The translations under genes were made by a program, and so were the position numbers. A DNA stretch of 64,000 nucleotides from Longimicrobiales bacterium (GTDB lineage: Bacteria; Gemmatimonadota; Gemmatimonadetes; Longimicrobiales; Gaopeijiaceae). The notes under the pieces were generated by a model. That model was given only the letters and a program-made list of their open reading frames with translations, did no database searches and was not told the origin of the DNA. Below, in pieces: positions 37,324 through 47,193 of the stretch. The DNA is taken from NCBI GenBank assembly GCA_965248195.1, contig CBDFIQ010000002.1:992001-1056000 (forward strand), written 5' to 3'. Positions within the stretch are counted from its first letter, which is position 1. Each line of letters starts with the position of its first letter.

Positions 37324-39153
37324 CTAAAAGCCGAAACCTCCCGGCAGTTGTTGAACGTCCGCCGGATCGACGTTCAAAACTTCATCCCTTCGGTCGATGA
37401 TACGAGCTACTTCGCGAAGGCCCTGGAGCCAGTCCTGCAGGCGGCTTTCTTGGGCAACCCCGAGCAATTCATCCCGTAGCACCACCCGTTGGCCCTCGAA
37501 GGCGGTGGAATCTGCTGCGAAGTAGTCGGCCAACTCGATGATGAAGACGTTGTTGTTGGCCTCCACCGCACCGCTCACTTGGCCAATGTTCAGGCCGAAT
37601 CCTGCCCCCACGGCCGCATTCAGCCGCCCGATGCCGGGAACGAAGTCTACGCGGGCGTACGGCCCGGCAGTCTGGATCTCCAGGCTTTTTTGTTCCGCAA
37701 TATCCGCTAGGCTTGCTCCCGCCCGAACCCGCGCGACGATCTCCTCCCCCTCGCCCTTGGCTCGTTCCACCTTCTTCTCGGCTCTCACCGTTTGCTCAAT
37801 GGACCCACTGGCGTCGGCCAGCGAGATTGCCCCCGCCTCCCGGATTTCGGCGAGTTCGAGCATATAGAATGCCTGCCTCGTCTCGAGGACGGCGCTGACG
37901 TCTCCAACCAAAGCTTCTTCGAAGGCCCAGTCGGAGCCCTCTCCTACTTGCCCGGCGCCGGCAACGAATGCGAATTCACCGCTCAGATATGCGGTCTCAA
38001 CACCGAGGCTCAGAGTCAAAGCCGCCTCTGCCAATGTGCGTGACTCGCCAAGCGCCTCCAGCGAGTCGGCAAGCGTGAGGAGCGCGAGTTCAGACTCCTC
38101 GGTGCGGGCAAAGGGAACGAGGATATGCCGGGCCTGAACACTGTCTTCCGTCTGTTGCAGTACTTCGATCACGTGGTAGCCGAAGGGGGTCCTCACCGGC
38201 TCCGTGAGCTCGCTTACGGTCGCCGCGAAGGCCACATCGGAGAACTCCTCGGGCATCCTCTCCCTCGTAAACCAGCCCAGGTCTCCCGACCCGGCTCCGA
38301 CTCCAGGCCGACCTAACATGTCCTCGAAATCGGCCCCTTCGATGATCTCTTGCCTCAGCCCAGCGGCAAGTTCTCCCATAGCCACGGTGTCTTCGGGTGT
38401 TGGAGTCTTGTCGATAATAACCGCCCGGACCGTGGCCTGCGCCGGGAGCGCGAACTCTTCTTCGTGTTCGTCGTAGTAGTCCCTCACCTCCGCGGGCGTC
38501 ACGGCTATCATCGAATCGGCAACCCGTTGGGCGGGATTGAGAGCGAGGTAACGGACCGAGATCCGTTCGTTGCGGTCACGGTATTCATCCCAGAGGGCGG
38601 CATCGGTGACGTAAAGGTCGGACGACACCTGGCGCATCAGTTTGCTCCGGGGGATCACGTCCCGGTAATAGGCCTCCAGTTGGAGGAGCATCAGATCGTC
38701 GATGGTGGGAGAGGCCAGGAACGCCTGGTACTTCTGGATATCGAACGATCCGTCCGTTTGAAACGCCGGATTGAATTGGAACTCCGGCGGTGGACTGAAA
38801 CGTGCGGCGTTCAGTAACTCGTCATCCGTCACCACGATCCCTCGGCGCGTCAGCTCCTGACGGATTAGGACCTGATTGACGACCTCGTCCCATGCCGCGT
38901 CCTCCAGGTCACTGATCTGTTGGCTCGTGATGGGATCCTCCTGCGAAGCCTGAATCTGATCGAAAAGCGAGCGGTAGGTCTGATTGAATGAGTCGTACAT
39001 CACCGGCGTGCCGTTGACGCTACCGATTTCCCCGATAGAGAGGCCGCTTCGCCCTGTGATGTCCATTCCCCACTGGAAAAACATGAGCCCCACGAAGGCC
39101 GTCGCGGTCACCAGCATGATCCACTTCGTGTTCTCCCGCATTTGACGCATCAT
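37324..39153 (-). CDS. PpiD/SurA-like membrane-anchored parvulin PPIase chaperone
   Basis: N-terminal TM, SurA-N, GDLGWF, TPFGYHVI, ARHILV. Confidence 0.88.
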   Translation of the reverse strand: MMRQMRENTKWIMLVTATAFVGLMFFQWGMDITGRSGLSIGEIGSVNGTPVMYDSFNQTYRSLFDQIQASQEDPITSQQISDLEDAAWDEVVNQVLIRQELTRRGIVVTDDELLNAARFSPPPEFQFNPAFQTDGSFDIQKYQAFLASPTIDDLMLLQLEAYYRDVIPRSKLMRQVSSDLYVTDAALWDEYRDRNERISVRYLALNPAQRVADSMIAVTPAEVRDYYDEHEEEFALPAQATVRAVIIDKTPTPEDTVAMGELAAGLRQEIIEGADFEDMLGRPGVGAGSGDLGWFTRERMPEEFSDVAFAATVSELTEPVRTPFGYHVIEVLQQTEDSVQARHILVPFARTEESELALLTLADSLEALGESRTLAEAALTLSLGVETAYLSGEFAFVAGAGQVGEGSDWAFEEALVGDVSAVLETRQAFYMLELAEIREAGAISLADASGSIEQTVRAEKKVERAKGEGEEIVARVRAGASLADIAEQKSLEIQTAGPYARVDFVPGIGRLNAAVGAGFGLNIGQVSGAVEANNNVFIIELADYFAADSTAFEGQRVVLRDELLGVAQESRLQDWLQGLREVARIIDRRDEVLNVDPADVQQLPGGFGF

Positions 39154-39259
39154 GAGACGGCAACTCCTCGGCAAGTCCGCTACTGGATCACATCCGCGTG
39201 ATCATACCCGAAAAGGCGATGAAAGGTAATGGTCGGTATGGGGCTCCTTCAACCTCTCG

Positions 39260-39289
39260 TTGACACGATTTCGGCGTAATCAGTATCTT
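39260..39289 (+). promoter_or_regulatory. Putative sigma70 promoter of TPR-aroQ-efp-accBC operon
   Basis: TTGACA-N18-TATCTT. Confidence 0.55.
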
Positions 39290-39352
39290 CCTCGCGTCTA
39301 CGGTCCTGTAATGGCGCCCCTCGCTTTTTCCAGCTCGTCCAGGGAGTTCGGT

Positions 39353-40375
39353 GTGTCGGAGTCTCTGAATCAACAGATCGAACGACTAGAAGAGATCTAC
39401 AAGTCGGAATTGGACCCGAAGGGGAGGGCGTTCGTGCCTCTGGCGGATGCCCATCGCCGGCTCGGCGATCTCGGTAAGGCGCTGGCCGTTCTTCAAGAAG
39501 GGCTTGAAAGACATCCCGATTTCGCCTCCGCCCATATGGTGGCAGGCTGGGTGCACCGCTCCCGGGAAGAGCCGGACGATGCCATGTCCTCGTTCGAGCG
39601 GGTCCTGGCGTTGGACGCAGGGAACACGCTCGCGCGGGCTGCCATCGCTGAGTTGATCGATGATCAACGGGCTCAGACCTATCGGGACAAGGTGGCGGCC
39701 AGGGGCGCGGCCGAGTCGGCAGCCGCGCCCACGGCTGAAGCTGAACGTCCGGTCGTGACGATCGCTTCGCTGGCACCGGAGGTGCCGGACGAGGACGCCC
39801 GTCCCGTGGTGTTGATCGCTTCGCTGGCACCGGGAGCTCCGGCTGAAACCATGGCTGTGGCCGATGCGGCGCCCGAAGTGGTGCGCGAGGTTGAGGTTGG
39901 CCCGGTGGTACCGATCGCTGCGCTGGCGCCGGCAGCTCCGGCTGAAACCATGACTGTGGCCGATGCGGCGCCCGAAGTGGTGCGCGAGGTTGAGGTTGGC
40001 CCGGTGGTACCGATCGCTGCGCTGGCCCCGGGAGGAGCCCCGGGGGCGCCGGACGAGGACGGGCCTCCCGGGGTTCCTGTTCGATCGCTGGCACCCGACG
40101 TACGCGACGACGTTCCGGGCGACCTGGTGCCGGGCAGCAGAGAGATATACACGGAAACGCTTGCCGAGCTATATGCGGGTCAGGGCGCTACCGACAAGGC
40201 GATCGAGGTTTACCAGAGGCTGATCGCGAATGATCCGGATAACGAAGAATTGAGCAGGCGGCTGACGGAGCTGCAAACCCTCGAGCCAGGCTCCGATGGT
40301 CAAACGGTTCCGATAGAGTCGCTTGCGCCGGACGGGACGCCGGATGACTCGTTTCCGTCGATGAACCGGTTCTGA
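39353..40375 (+). CDS. TPR protein with repetitive linker
   Basis: GTG after AGGGAG; FVPLADAHRRLG, HPDFASAH, TETLAELYAGQG. Confidence 0.8.
   Translation: MSESLNQQIERLEEIYKSELDPKGRAFVPLADAHRRLGDLGKALAVLQEGLERHPDFASAHMVAGWVHRSREEPDDAMSSFERVLALDAGNTLARAAIAELIDDQRAQTYRDKVAARGAAESAAAPTAEAERPVVTIASLAPEVPDEDARPVVLIASLAPGAPAETMAVADAAPEVVREVEVGPVVPIAALAPAAPAETMTVADAAPEVVREVEVGPVVPIAALAPGGAPGAPDEDGPPGVPVRSLAPDVRDDVPGDLVPGSREIYTETLAELYAGQGATDKAIEVYQRLIANDPDNEELSRRLTELQTLEPGSDGQTVPIESLAPDGTPDDSFPSMNRF
39835..40032 (+). repeat. In-frame 99-bp tandem duplication (two copies)
   Basis: Units start 39835 and 39934; encode APAETM(A/T)VADAAPEVVREVEVGPVVPIAALAP. Confidence 0.92.
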
Positions 40376-40407
40376 AGGCCTGAACAGGCCTCGAAGGAGA
40401 CCACTTC

Positions 40408-40845
40408 GTGCGCATCGCACTCATCCACGGTCCCAACCTCAGCCTGCTCGGGAGTCGGGAACCCGAGGTCTACGGAACCGACTCGTTGGACGATATCAAC
40501 GGTGCCGTAGAATCGCTGGGCTCCGAGTTGGGAGTGGAGGTCGAGACCTTCCAGTCCAACTCGGAGGGAGCCATTCTCGACTTCCTGGAGGAGGCCGCCC
40601 AGCGGGTCGAGGGCTTCTTGATCAACCCAGGGGGGCTGACCCACACGAGCGTGGCCCTGCGTGACGGGCTCGTGGCGGTGGGGCTCCCGTTCGTGGAGGT
40701 TCACCTCTCAAACACGATGGCCCGTGAGCGTTTCCGGCGCCATTCCTATCTCTCGCCGGTAGCCGCCGGGGTGGTTCTAGGTTTTGGATCTCAGGGCTAT
40801 CTTCTAGCGCTTAGAGGGCTCGTGGCCCGGATCACCGGCGAGTAG
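40408..40845 (+). CDS. aroQ: Type II 3-dehydroquinate dehydratase
   Basis: HGPNLSLLGSREPEVYG, QSNSEG, INPGGLTHTS, EVHLSN. Confidence 0.97.
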   Translation: MRIALIHGPNLSLLGSREPEVYGTDSLDDINGAVESLGSELGVEVETFQSNSEGAILDFLEEAAQRVEGFLINPGGLTHTSVALRDGLVAVGLPFVEVHLSNTMARERFRRHSYLSPVAAGVVLGFGSQGYLLALRGLVARITGE

Positions 40846-40878
40846 CGCCCCCTAATTCTCATCGACTGACAAGGTGTT

Positions 40879-41445
40879 ATGGCCTCGACCGCGGACTTTC
40901 GAAACGGCTTGGTGCTGGATATTGATGGCCAGCTCTGGACCATCATTTACTTCCAACATGTGAAGCCTGGTAAGGGCGGTGCCTTCGTCCGGACGAAGAT
41001 CAAGAACGTTCTCACCGGTTCGGTGGTGGACAAGACGTATCGCGCGGGGGAGAAGGTGACCGACGTGCGACTGGAGCGGCGCCCGGTGTCGTACAGTTAT
41101 TCGGACGGGCAGCTCTACCACTTCATGGACCAACAGACCTATGAGATGATCCCGATCGCTGGCGACCTGCTCGGTGAAGACCAGCTCAGGTACCTGAAGG
41201 AGAACATGGAGTGCGAGGGCCTGGTCCACGACGGCAGGGTCATCAGTGTCGAACTCCCTCAGTTCGTGGAGTTGGTGGTCACCCAGACCGACCCCGGTTT
41301 CAAGGGGGACACGGCCCAGGGCGGCACGAAACCCGCAACTCTGGAAACCGGCGCCGTAATTCAGGTGCCGCTGTTTATCGAACAGGGCGAGGTGGTCAAG
41401 GTGGACCGCCGGGAAGAGAAGTATTTGACCCGAGCGTCGTCATGA
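40879..41445 (+). CDS. efp: Elongation factor P
   Basis: [28 protein letters not shown]. Confidence 0.98.
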   Translation: MASTADFRNGLVLDIDGQLWTIIYFQHVKPGKGGAFVRTKIKNVLTGSVVDKTYRAGEKVTDVRLERRPVSYSYSDGQLYHFMDQQTYEMIPIAGDLLGEDQLRYLKENMECEGLVHDGRVISVELPQFVELVVTQTDPGFKGDTAQGGTKPATLETGAVIQVPLFIEQGEVVKVDRREEKYLTRASS

Positions 41446-41939
41446 TGGATCTGGACTTTGTTCAGAGCCTCATCAAGGCGCTCGACGAGAGCGGGCTGGA
41501 TTCAATCGAGATCGAACGAGGAGGCACGCGAATCCGGCTCGCGAAAACCCCCTCCGCCGATGCTGGGGTCGCTTCGGCCGCACAGGGGGGCTCTGTGCCA
41601 TCGGCTGGACTCGTGGGCTCTTCCGGCGCGCCAGCCGCGGCGCACTCCGCTCAGCACGAGGGGCACGTTCCGGCCCTTGGGACCGCCTCGGAAGGGTCCG
41701 GGCTGGTGGAGATCGAGTCTCCCATGGTTGGAACCTTCTATCGGTCTCCCGCGCCCGACGCCCCGGCATACGTCGATCTGGGGGCCACGGTCATGCCGGG
41801 TGAAACGCTTTGCATCATCGAGGCCATGAAGCTCATGAATGAGCTGGAATGTGAGGTCTCCGGCGTAATCCGCGAAATCTGCGTCGACAACGGCGAACCG
41901 GTGGAATTCGGGCAGGTCCTGTTCCGCGTTTCCCCGTGA
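41442..41939 (+). CDS. accB: Biotin carboxyl carrier protein
   Basis: ATGA overlap with efp; [17 protein letters not shown]. Confidence 0.97.
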   Translation: MMDLDFVQSLIKALDESGLDSIEIERGGTRIRLAKTPSADAGVASAAQGGSVPSAGLVGSSGAPAAAHSAQHEGHVPALGTASEGSGLVEIESPMVGTFYRSPAPDAPAYVDLGATVMPGETLCIIEAMKLMNELECEVSGVIREICVDNGEPVEFGQVLFRVSP

Positions 41940-41983
41940 CCGAGGCCCCGGGGCATTCGGACGCCTTCTCGAGGGTTCGCTGA

Positions 41984-43339
41984 GTGTTCAAAAAGCTGCT
42001 GATCGCCAATCGTGGTGAGATCGCCCTGCGGATCATTCGGGCGTGCCACGAACTCGGCGTGAAGACGGTGGCGGTGTACTCGGAGGCGGACCGCGAGTCG
42101 CTCCACGTCCGCTTCTCGGACGAGGACGTGTGCATCGGACCGCCACCGGCGAAGGACAGCTACCTGAACATCCCCCAGATCATTTCGGCTGCGGAGGTGA
42201 CGGGGGCGGAGGCCATCCACCCGGGGTACGGCTTCCTGGCGGAGAATGCCGAGTTCAGTGAAATCTGTGAGCGCACCGACATCGTGTTCGTGGGTCCGAA
42301 TCCCGATCAGATTCGCTCGATGGGCGACAAGGCGACCGCCCGTCGGACCATGATGGATCTCGGTGTGCCCACGGTACCCGGTTCGGACGGCGTCATATCG
42401 GATCCCGGCGAGGCTGAGAAGGTCGCTGCCGGGATCGGTTTTCCGGTCATGATCAAGGCCACTTCCGGTGGGGGGGGGAAGGGTATGCGGATCGCTCCCG
42501 ATGCGGAGAGCTTCGTCCGGCAGTTCCAGGCGGCCCAGACTGAGGCCGGGACCGCGTTCGATGATCCGGACGTTTACCTCGAGAAATGTATCGTCCAACC
42601 GAAGCACGTCGAGTTCCAGGTGTTCGGGGACCGGCATGGCCGGGTGGTCCACCTCGGTGAGCGAGATTGCTCCATCCAGCGCAGACATCAAAAGTTGATC
42701 GAAGAGGCTCCCTCGCCGGCGTTGACGCCGGAAATGCGGGAGAAGATGGGAGAAGCGGCACTAATGGCGGCGGAAGGGATCGACTACGTGGGAGCTGGTA
42801 CCGTCGAGTTTCTCGTCGATGCCGGTGGATCGTTTTATTTTATCGAGATGAACACGCGAATACAGGTGGAGCATCCGGTCACGGAGGTCACGACGGGCCT
42901 CGATCTGGTAAAGGAGCAGATTCGTGTGGCCGCCGGTGAACCGTTGTCGTTCCCCAGCGAGATCCCTCAGGTGCGAGGGCATGCCATAGAATTTCGCGTG
43001 AATGCCGAAGATGCTTTACGGGATTTCGCACCCTCTCCGGGCCCGATCACGACGTTCCATCCTCCAGGTGGACCCGGTGTTCGGCTCGACACGCATCTGT
43101 ACAATGGTTATCAGGTCCCCCCCTACTATGATTCCCTGCTCGCCAAGTTGATCGTCAGCGGCAAGGATCGCGAAGAGACCATCGTGCGTGCGCGGCACGC
43201 GCTCGAGTCCTTCGTGATCGAGGGGATCAGCACCACGATTCCGTTCCTCGCCGACATCACGCGCGATGAGCAGTTCTTGGCCGGTGGGGTGGACACTGGG
43301 TTCGTGGACCGTTTTTTAGGTGAACGCGGCGGCGACTGA
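41984..43339 (+). CDS. accC: Biotin carboxylase
   Basis: IANRGEIA, HPGYGFLAEN, GGGGKGMR, EMNTRIQVEH. Confidence 0.98.
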   Translation: MFKKLLIANRGEIALRIIRACHELGVKTVAVYSEADRESLHVRFSDEDVCIGPPPAKDSYLNIPQIISAAEVTGAEAIHPGYGFLAENAEFSEICERTDIVFVGPNPDQIRSMGDKATARRTMMDLGVPTVPGSDGVISDPGEAEKVAAGIGFPVMIKATSGGGGKGMRIAPDAESFVRQFQAAQTEAGTAFDDPDVYLEKCIVQPKHVEFQVFGDRHGRVVHLGERDCSIQRRHQKLIEEAPSPALTPEMREKMGEAALMAAEGIDYVGAGTVEFLVDAGGSFYFIEMNTRIQVEHPVTEVTTGLDLVKEQIRVAAGEPLSFPSEIPQVRGHAIEFRVNAEDALRDFAPSPGPITTFHPPGGPGVRLDTHLYNGYQVPPYYDSLLAKLIVSGKDREETIVRARHALESFVIEGISTTIPFLADITRDEQFLAGGVDTGFVDRFLGERGGD

Positions 43340-44085
43340 TGAAGATCGACGTACATTTCGAGCCGGCGGCCCCGCTGCCCGACCTGACCGGGAGTACGGT
43401 AGTGGTGATCGATGTCCTCCGAGCGACGAGCTCGATGGTCGAGGCGCTGGTCAATGGCGCCCAGGGTGTCTATCCGGCTCCCTCGACCGAGGAGGCGATT
43501 AAGTTGGCGTCCTCCCTCGGACGAGAGGACACGATTCTGTGCGGTGAGGCGCGCGGACTCAGAATCGAGGGATTCGACCTCGGTAACTCTCCCCGGGAGT
43601 TCTCGGCCGATAGGGTGGTGGGAAAGCGGTTGGTCATGAGCACCACGAATGGCACCGGCGCCTTCTTCCTCGTCGGAGATGCGGTACGGGTCCTGGTCTG
43701 CGGCTTCATGAATCTGAGTGCGGTCGCGGCAGCGGCCATGGAGGCCGAATCGATCGTCGTCGTGTGCGTCGGAATGGGGGGGCTATTCTCTCTCGACGAC
43801 GCCGTCTGTGCGGGAGCCCTGGTGCAACGTATCCGGGCGGCGGCCGGGTCAGACGTCGAACTCAACGACGCCGCGATGGGAGCCGTGGAAATGGCGCTGA
43901 CCTTCCGCATCAACGCACATTTCCTCGCGTCGACCACGGCAGGCCGCCACCTGATCGAGATCGGATTCCGAGAGGATCTCGATGTCTGCGCCGAGATCGA
44001 TCGCCACTCCGTAGTGCCGGAGATGGACGACTGGGTCATCCAGTTGCCTTCCCAGAACGCGGGGTCCTCCGGGCCCGAGGGCTAG
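43339..44085 (+). CDS. comB: 2-phosphosulfolactate phosphatase family (ComB-like)
   Basis: VIDVLRATS, GFDLGNSP, TTNGT, DDAVCAG. Confidence 0.9.
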   Translation: MKIDVHFEPAAPLPDLTGSTVVVIDVLRATSSMVEALVNGAQGVYPAPSTEEAIKLASSLGREDTILCGEARGLRIEGFDLGNSPREFSADRVVGKRLVMSTTNGTGAFFLVGDAVRVLVCGFMNLSAVAAAAMEAESIVVVCVGMGGLFSLDDAVCAGALVQRIRAAAGSDVELNDAAMGAVEMALTFRINAHFLASTTAGRHLIEIGFREDLDVCAEIDRHSVVPEMDDWVIQLPSQNAGSSGPEG

Positions 44086-44095
44086 AGGCCTCCAG

Positions 44096-46417
44096 ATGCT
44101 GTCTCAGAAGCAGCAACGAGACATCATGGCCGTCGGCTTGTTGACGCTGGCGCTCTTCCTTTTTGCCGCCCTCATCCCTGTGTCGGTGCTCGGCCCGAGG
44201 GGTGGGGAATGGTTCCCGTTGGGGAATATGGTGGGTGTGGTCGGAGAGACGGTGCAGCGTGCGCTCAACACCCTCCTAGGGATTGCGGCTTTTTTCTTGC
44301 CCGGCCTCCTCCTTCTCGGTGGGCTCAGGGCGTGGGAGTGGCTGTCCGTAGGGTTGACGGCGCGCCTCTCGATTCTCATGGGAGGCCTACTGTTGATCGT
44401 GCCCGTCGGTCTCGGGATTCTCGGCCGGGACGGGGAGACCGTGGGCCGATGGGGTGAGCTGGCGGGTCCTCCCCTCGTGACGGCGTTTGGTCTTCTGGGG
44501 GCGGTCCTTTTCATTCTGCTTCTCCTCGTGGTGCTATCCGTGGGCACGTTGGGGTGGAATCCGCTCCGCTCCTTGGCGCAGGGCCTGGCGCAAGGGACCG
44601 GAGTGATGGCGCGCGGAGCTCGTGGCCTCTTCTCCATGGGGGAACGCCTCAAGGCTTGGTGGGACCAGCGCTCAAGAAATCGGCTGGACCAAACGCCGCC
44701 GATGGAGCTTTTGGAGGGTGTTGAAGTGTCCGACCGCGGGGACGACTCCGATGACGTCGGTGCCGAAGCCTACGATGAGGCGTATGAGGAGCTGTACGAG
44801 AGCACGCTGGGGGTGGTCGCTCTGGTTGAAGATAGCGAGGCGCCGCCCGACCCGTTTGTGGAAGGCGAGGTCTCCGACACCGGACTGCCACCGACGGAGT
44901 TCATGTCGGCGGCGGATGACGAACATCGTGATGACATGGAGCGGGAGCTCGACGCGCTGGGCGAGGTTCTGATCGAAAAGCTTCGGACCTTCAACGTCGA
45001 GGGCGAGATCGGTGGCCGCACTACGGGCCCCGTGGTCACGCAGTATGAGGTCATCCCGGCACCGGGGGTGAAGGTGAGCAAGATCGCGAACCTCGACGCC
45101 GACCTGGCTCTGGCGATGAAGGCGCAGAGCATTCGGATCGTAGCGCCGGTGCCCGGGAAGGGCGCCGTCGGTGTGGAGATTCCCAACCCCGAGCCCGAGG
45201 TCGTCCGCCTTCGCGACATCCTCGACTCACCGACCTACCAACGCAGTCGCGCCGAACTCCCGTTGGCGCTCGGCAAGGATCTCAACGGGAAGCCCTACGT
45301 GGCCGATCTCCGCGAGATGCCCCACATCCTCATCGCAGGCGCCACCGGGTCCGGTAAGTCGATCTGCCTCAACACCATCATCACCAGCTTGGTCTACCGC
45401 CACACGCCCAAGACACTGAGGCTCCTCATGGTCGATCCCAAAATGGTGGAGCTCTCCACGTACCGGTTGCTGCCGCACCTCCGCCACAAGGTGGTCACGG
45501 ACCCGCGAGATGCCGCGGCGCTTCTCAAGTGGGCGGTCCTGGAGATGGATCGCCGGTACAACCTGCTCAGCGTAAACGGCGTGCGCTCGATTGGCGAGTT
45601 CAACGAACGTATGGGGAGCGGCGCGACGCTCCGGCGTTCCGAGCCGAGGGGCGACGACAACGATCCGGACCGGTGGATCTACGACGACGGGGTCCTGCCC
45701 TATGTGGTGGTGGTCGTCGACGAGTTGGCGGATCTCATGATGACCGTACAGAGCGAGGTGGAGAAGCCGCTCACCCATTTGGCTCAGAAGGGCCGCGCCA
45801 TTGGAATCCACCTGATCGTAGCCACGCAGCGGCCGAGCGTGAACGTGATCACCGGCTTGATCAAGGCGAACTTTCCCTCCCGGATCGCTTTCCGTGTGGC
45901 GTCGAAGACCGATTCACGCACCATCCTCGATCAAAACGGCGCCGACAGCCTGCTCGGCAACGGTGATATGCTTTTCCTGCCACCGGGCTCGAGTGAACCC
46001 GTCCGGATCCAGGGCGCTTACATCTCCACGGCGGAAACCGATCGCATGATGGGCTGGTACCGGGATCAGATCGAGCTTCAGAGCAGGGAGTTGGCCGAGA
46101 TCGAAGCGGCGACGGAATCGGACATTCTGGAACAGATGCGCGCCTACGAGCGAGAGGCCGAGATGGCGGTCGGGGCCGTAAACGCGGCAGAGTGGGATGA
46201 CCTATTCCGCGCTGCCGGTGAGGTGTGCGTGCAGCACCAGCAGGGCTCGACGTCGCTGCTCCAGCGGAAGCTGAAGATCGGGTACGGGCGGGCTGCCCGG
46301 ATCGTGGATCAACTACAAGACGCTGGGATTCTGGGGCCGTCTGAGGGCTCGAAGGCAAGAGAGGTGCTCGTCGGACTCGACGAGCTGGAGTCGATCTTCG
46401 CGAATCGGGGAATGTGA
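44096..46417 (+). CDS. ftsK: DNA translocase FtsK
   Basis: N-terminal TMs, AGATGSGKS, DELADLMM, ATQRPS, gamma domain LQRKLKIGYGRAAR. Confidence 0.97.
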   Translation: MLSQKQQRDIMAVGLLTLALFLFAALIPVSVLGPRGGEWFPLGNMVGVVGETVQRALNTLLGIAAFFLPGLLLLGGLRAWEWLSVGLTARLSILMGGLLLIVPVGLGILGRDGETVGRWGELAGPPLVTAFGLLGAVLFILLLLVVLSVGTLGWNPLRSLAQGLAQGTGVMARGARGLFSMGERLKAWWDQRSRNRLDQTPPMELLEGVEVSDRGDDSDDVGAEAYDEAYEELYESTLGVVALVEDSEAPPDPFVEGEVSDTGLPPTEFMSAADDEHRDDMERELDALGEVLIEKLRTFNVEGEIGGRTTGPVVTQYEVIPAPGVKVSKIANLDADLALAMKAQSIRIVAPVPGKGAVGVEIPNPEPEVVRLRDILDSPTYQRSRAELPLALGKDLNGKPYVADLREMPHILIAGATGSGKSICLNTIITSLVYRHTPKTLRLLMVDPKMVELSTYRLLPHLRHKVVTDPRDAAALLKWAVLEMDRRYNLLSVNGVRSIGEFNERMGSGATLRRSEPRGDDNDPDRWIYDDGVLPYVVVVVDELADLMMTVQSEVEKPLTHLAQKGRAIGIHLIVATQRPSVNVITGLIKANFPSRIAFRVASKTDSRTILDQNGADSLLGNGDMLFLPPGSSEPVRIQGAYISTAETDRMMGWYRDQIELQSRELAEIEAATESDILEQMRAYEREAEMAVGAVNAAEWDDLFRAAGEVCVQHQQGSTSLLQRKLKIGYGRAARIVDQLQDAGILGPSEGSKAREVLVGLDELESIFANRGM

Positions 46418-46482
46418 TGACACCGGGTCCAGGCCGGTTCCCCCTCGGAACGGGCCTGTCGCCCACCGTGTATGGACGGCGC

Positions 46483-47193
46483 ATGAACGAGCCGTTCCGT
46501 ATCCTGATGATTCCGCTCCTGCTGATCTCCCTCGTCGCGGCGCCGCAGACGCTCCACGGCCAGGACGGTCGGGCCTACCAGGTGCTCTACGCCGCCAGCG
46601 ACCGCTACTACGGCCTCGAGACTCTTTGCGCCCACTTCCAGCAGGTCATCGAAGTCACGCTTCTGAGACAGACCCGCTCGGGGGAGGGCACGGTCTGCCA
46701 ACAGCGGCCCGACCGTTTCTCCATGCGCTTCAGCGATCCAGCTGGAGATTTGGTGGTCGGGGACGGGGAGTTCCTTTGGACCTTCTATCCCAGCCTGGAT
46801 GACATGCAGGTGGTGCGTTTTTCGGCGGAGGGCGCCGGGGGCGGGTTCAACTTCTACAAGAACTTTCTGGAAGATCCGCGCGGGCGGTTTGAGGCGGTGC
46901 ATGAGGGCCGAGAGCCCATGGGCGAGGGCCTGTCGCACAAGATCGCGTTGGAGCCGAGGGAGATCGACGGCTTGCGGTCCGCGAACTTTCGATCCGCGGT
47001 CGTTTGGTTCGATGTCGACAGCTACCTGCTCACGGCCTTGGACATCCACGACACGAACGAAACGATCCGCAGGATCCGGCTCACGGACATCCGTGTGAAC
47101 CCCCGACTCCCGGACGAAGAATTCCGCTTCGTGGCACCCGAAGGAGCGCGGGTGATGACGGCACCCGAAGGCGCGGGGGCGATCACGAGATGA
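46483..47193 (+). CDS. lolA: Lipoprotein carrier LolA family
   Basis: Signal peptide; F.Q, RPDRF, GDGEFLW.Y.P, F.F..P.G; follows ftsK. Confidence 0.85.
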   Translation: MNEPFRILMIPLLLISLVAAPQTLHGQDGRAYQVLYAASDRYYGLETLCAHFQQVIEVTLLRQTRSGEGTVCQQRPDRFSMRFSDPAGDLVVGDGEFLWTFYPSLDDMQVVRFSAEGAGGGFNFYKNFLEDPRGRFEAVHEGREPMGEGLSHKIALEPREIDGLRSANFRSAVVWFDVDSYLLTALDIHDTNETIRRIRLTDIRVNPRLPDEEFRFVAPEGARVMTAPEGAGAITR

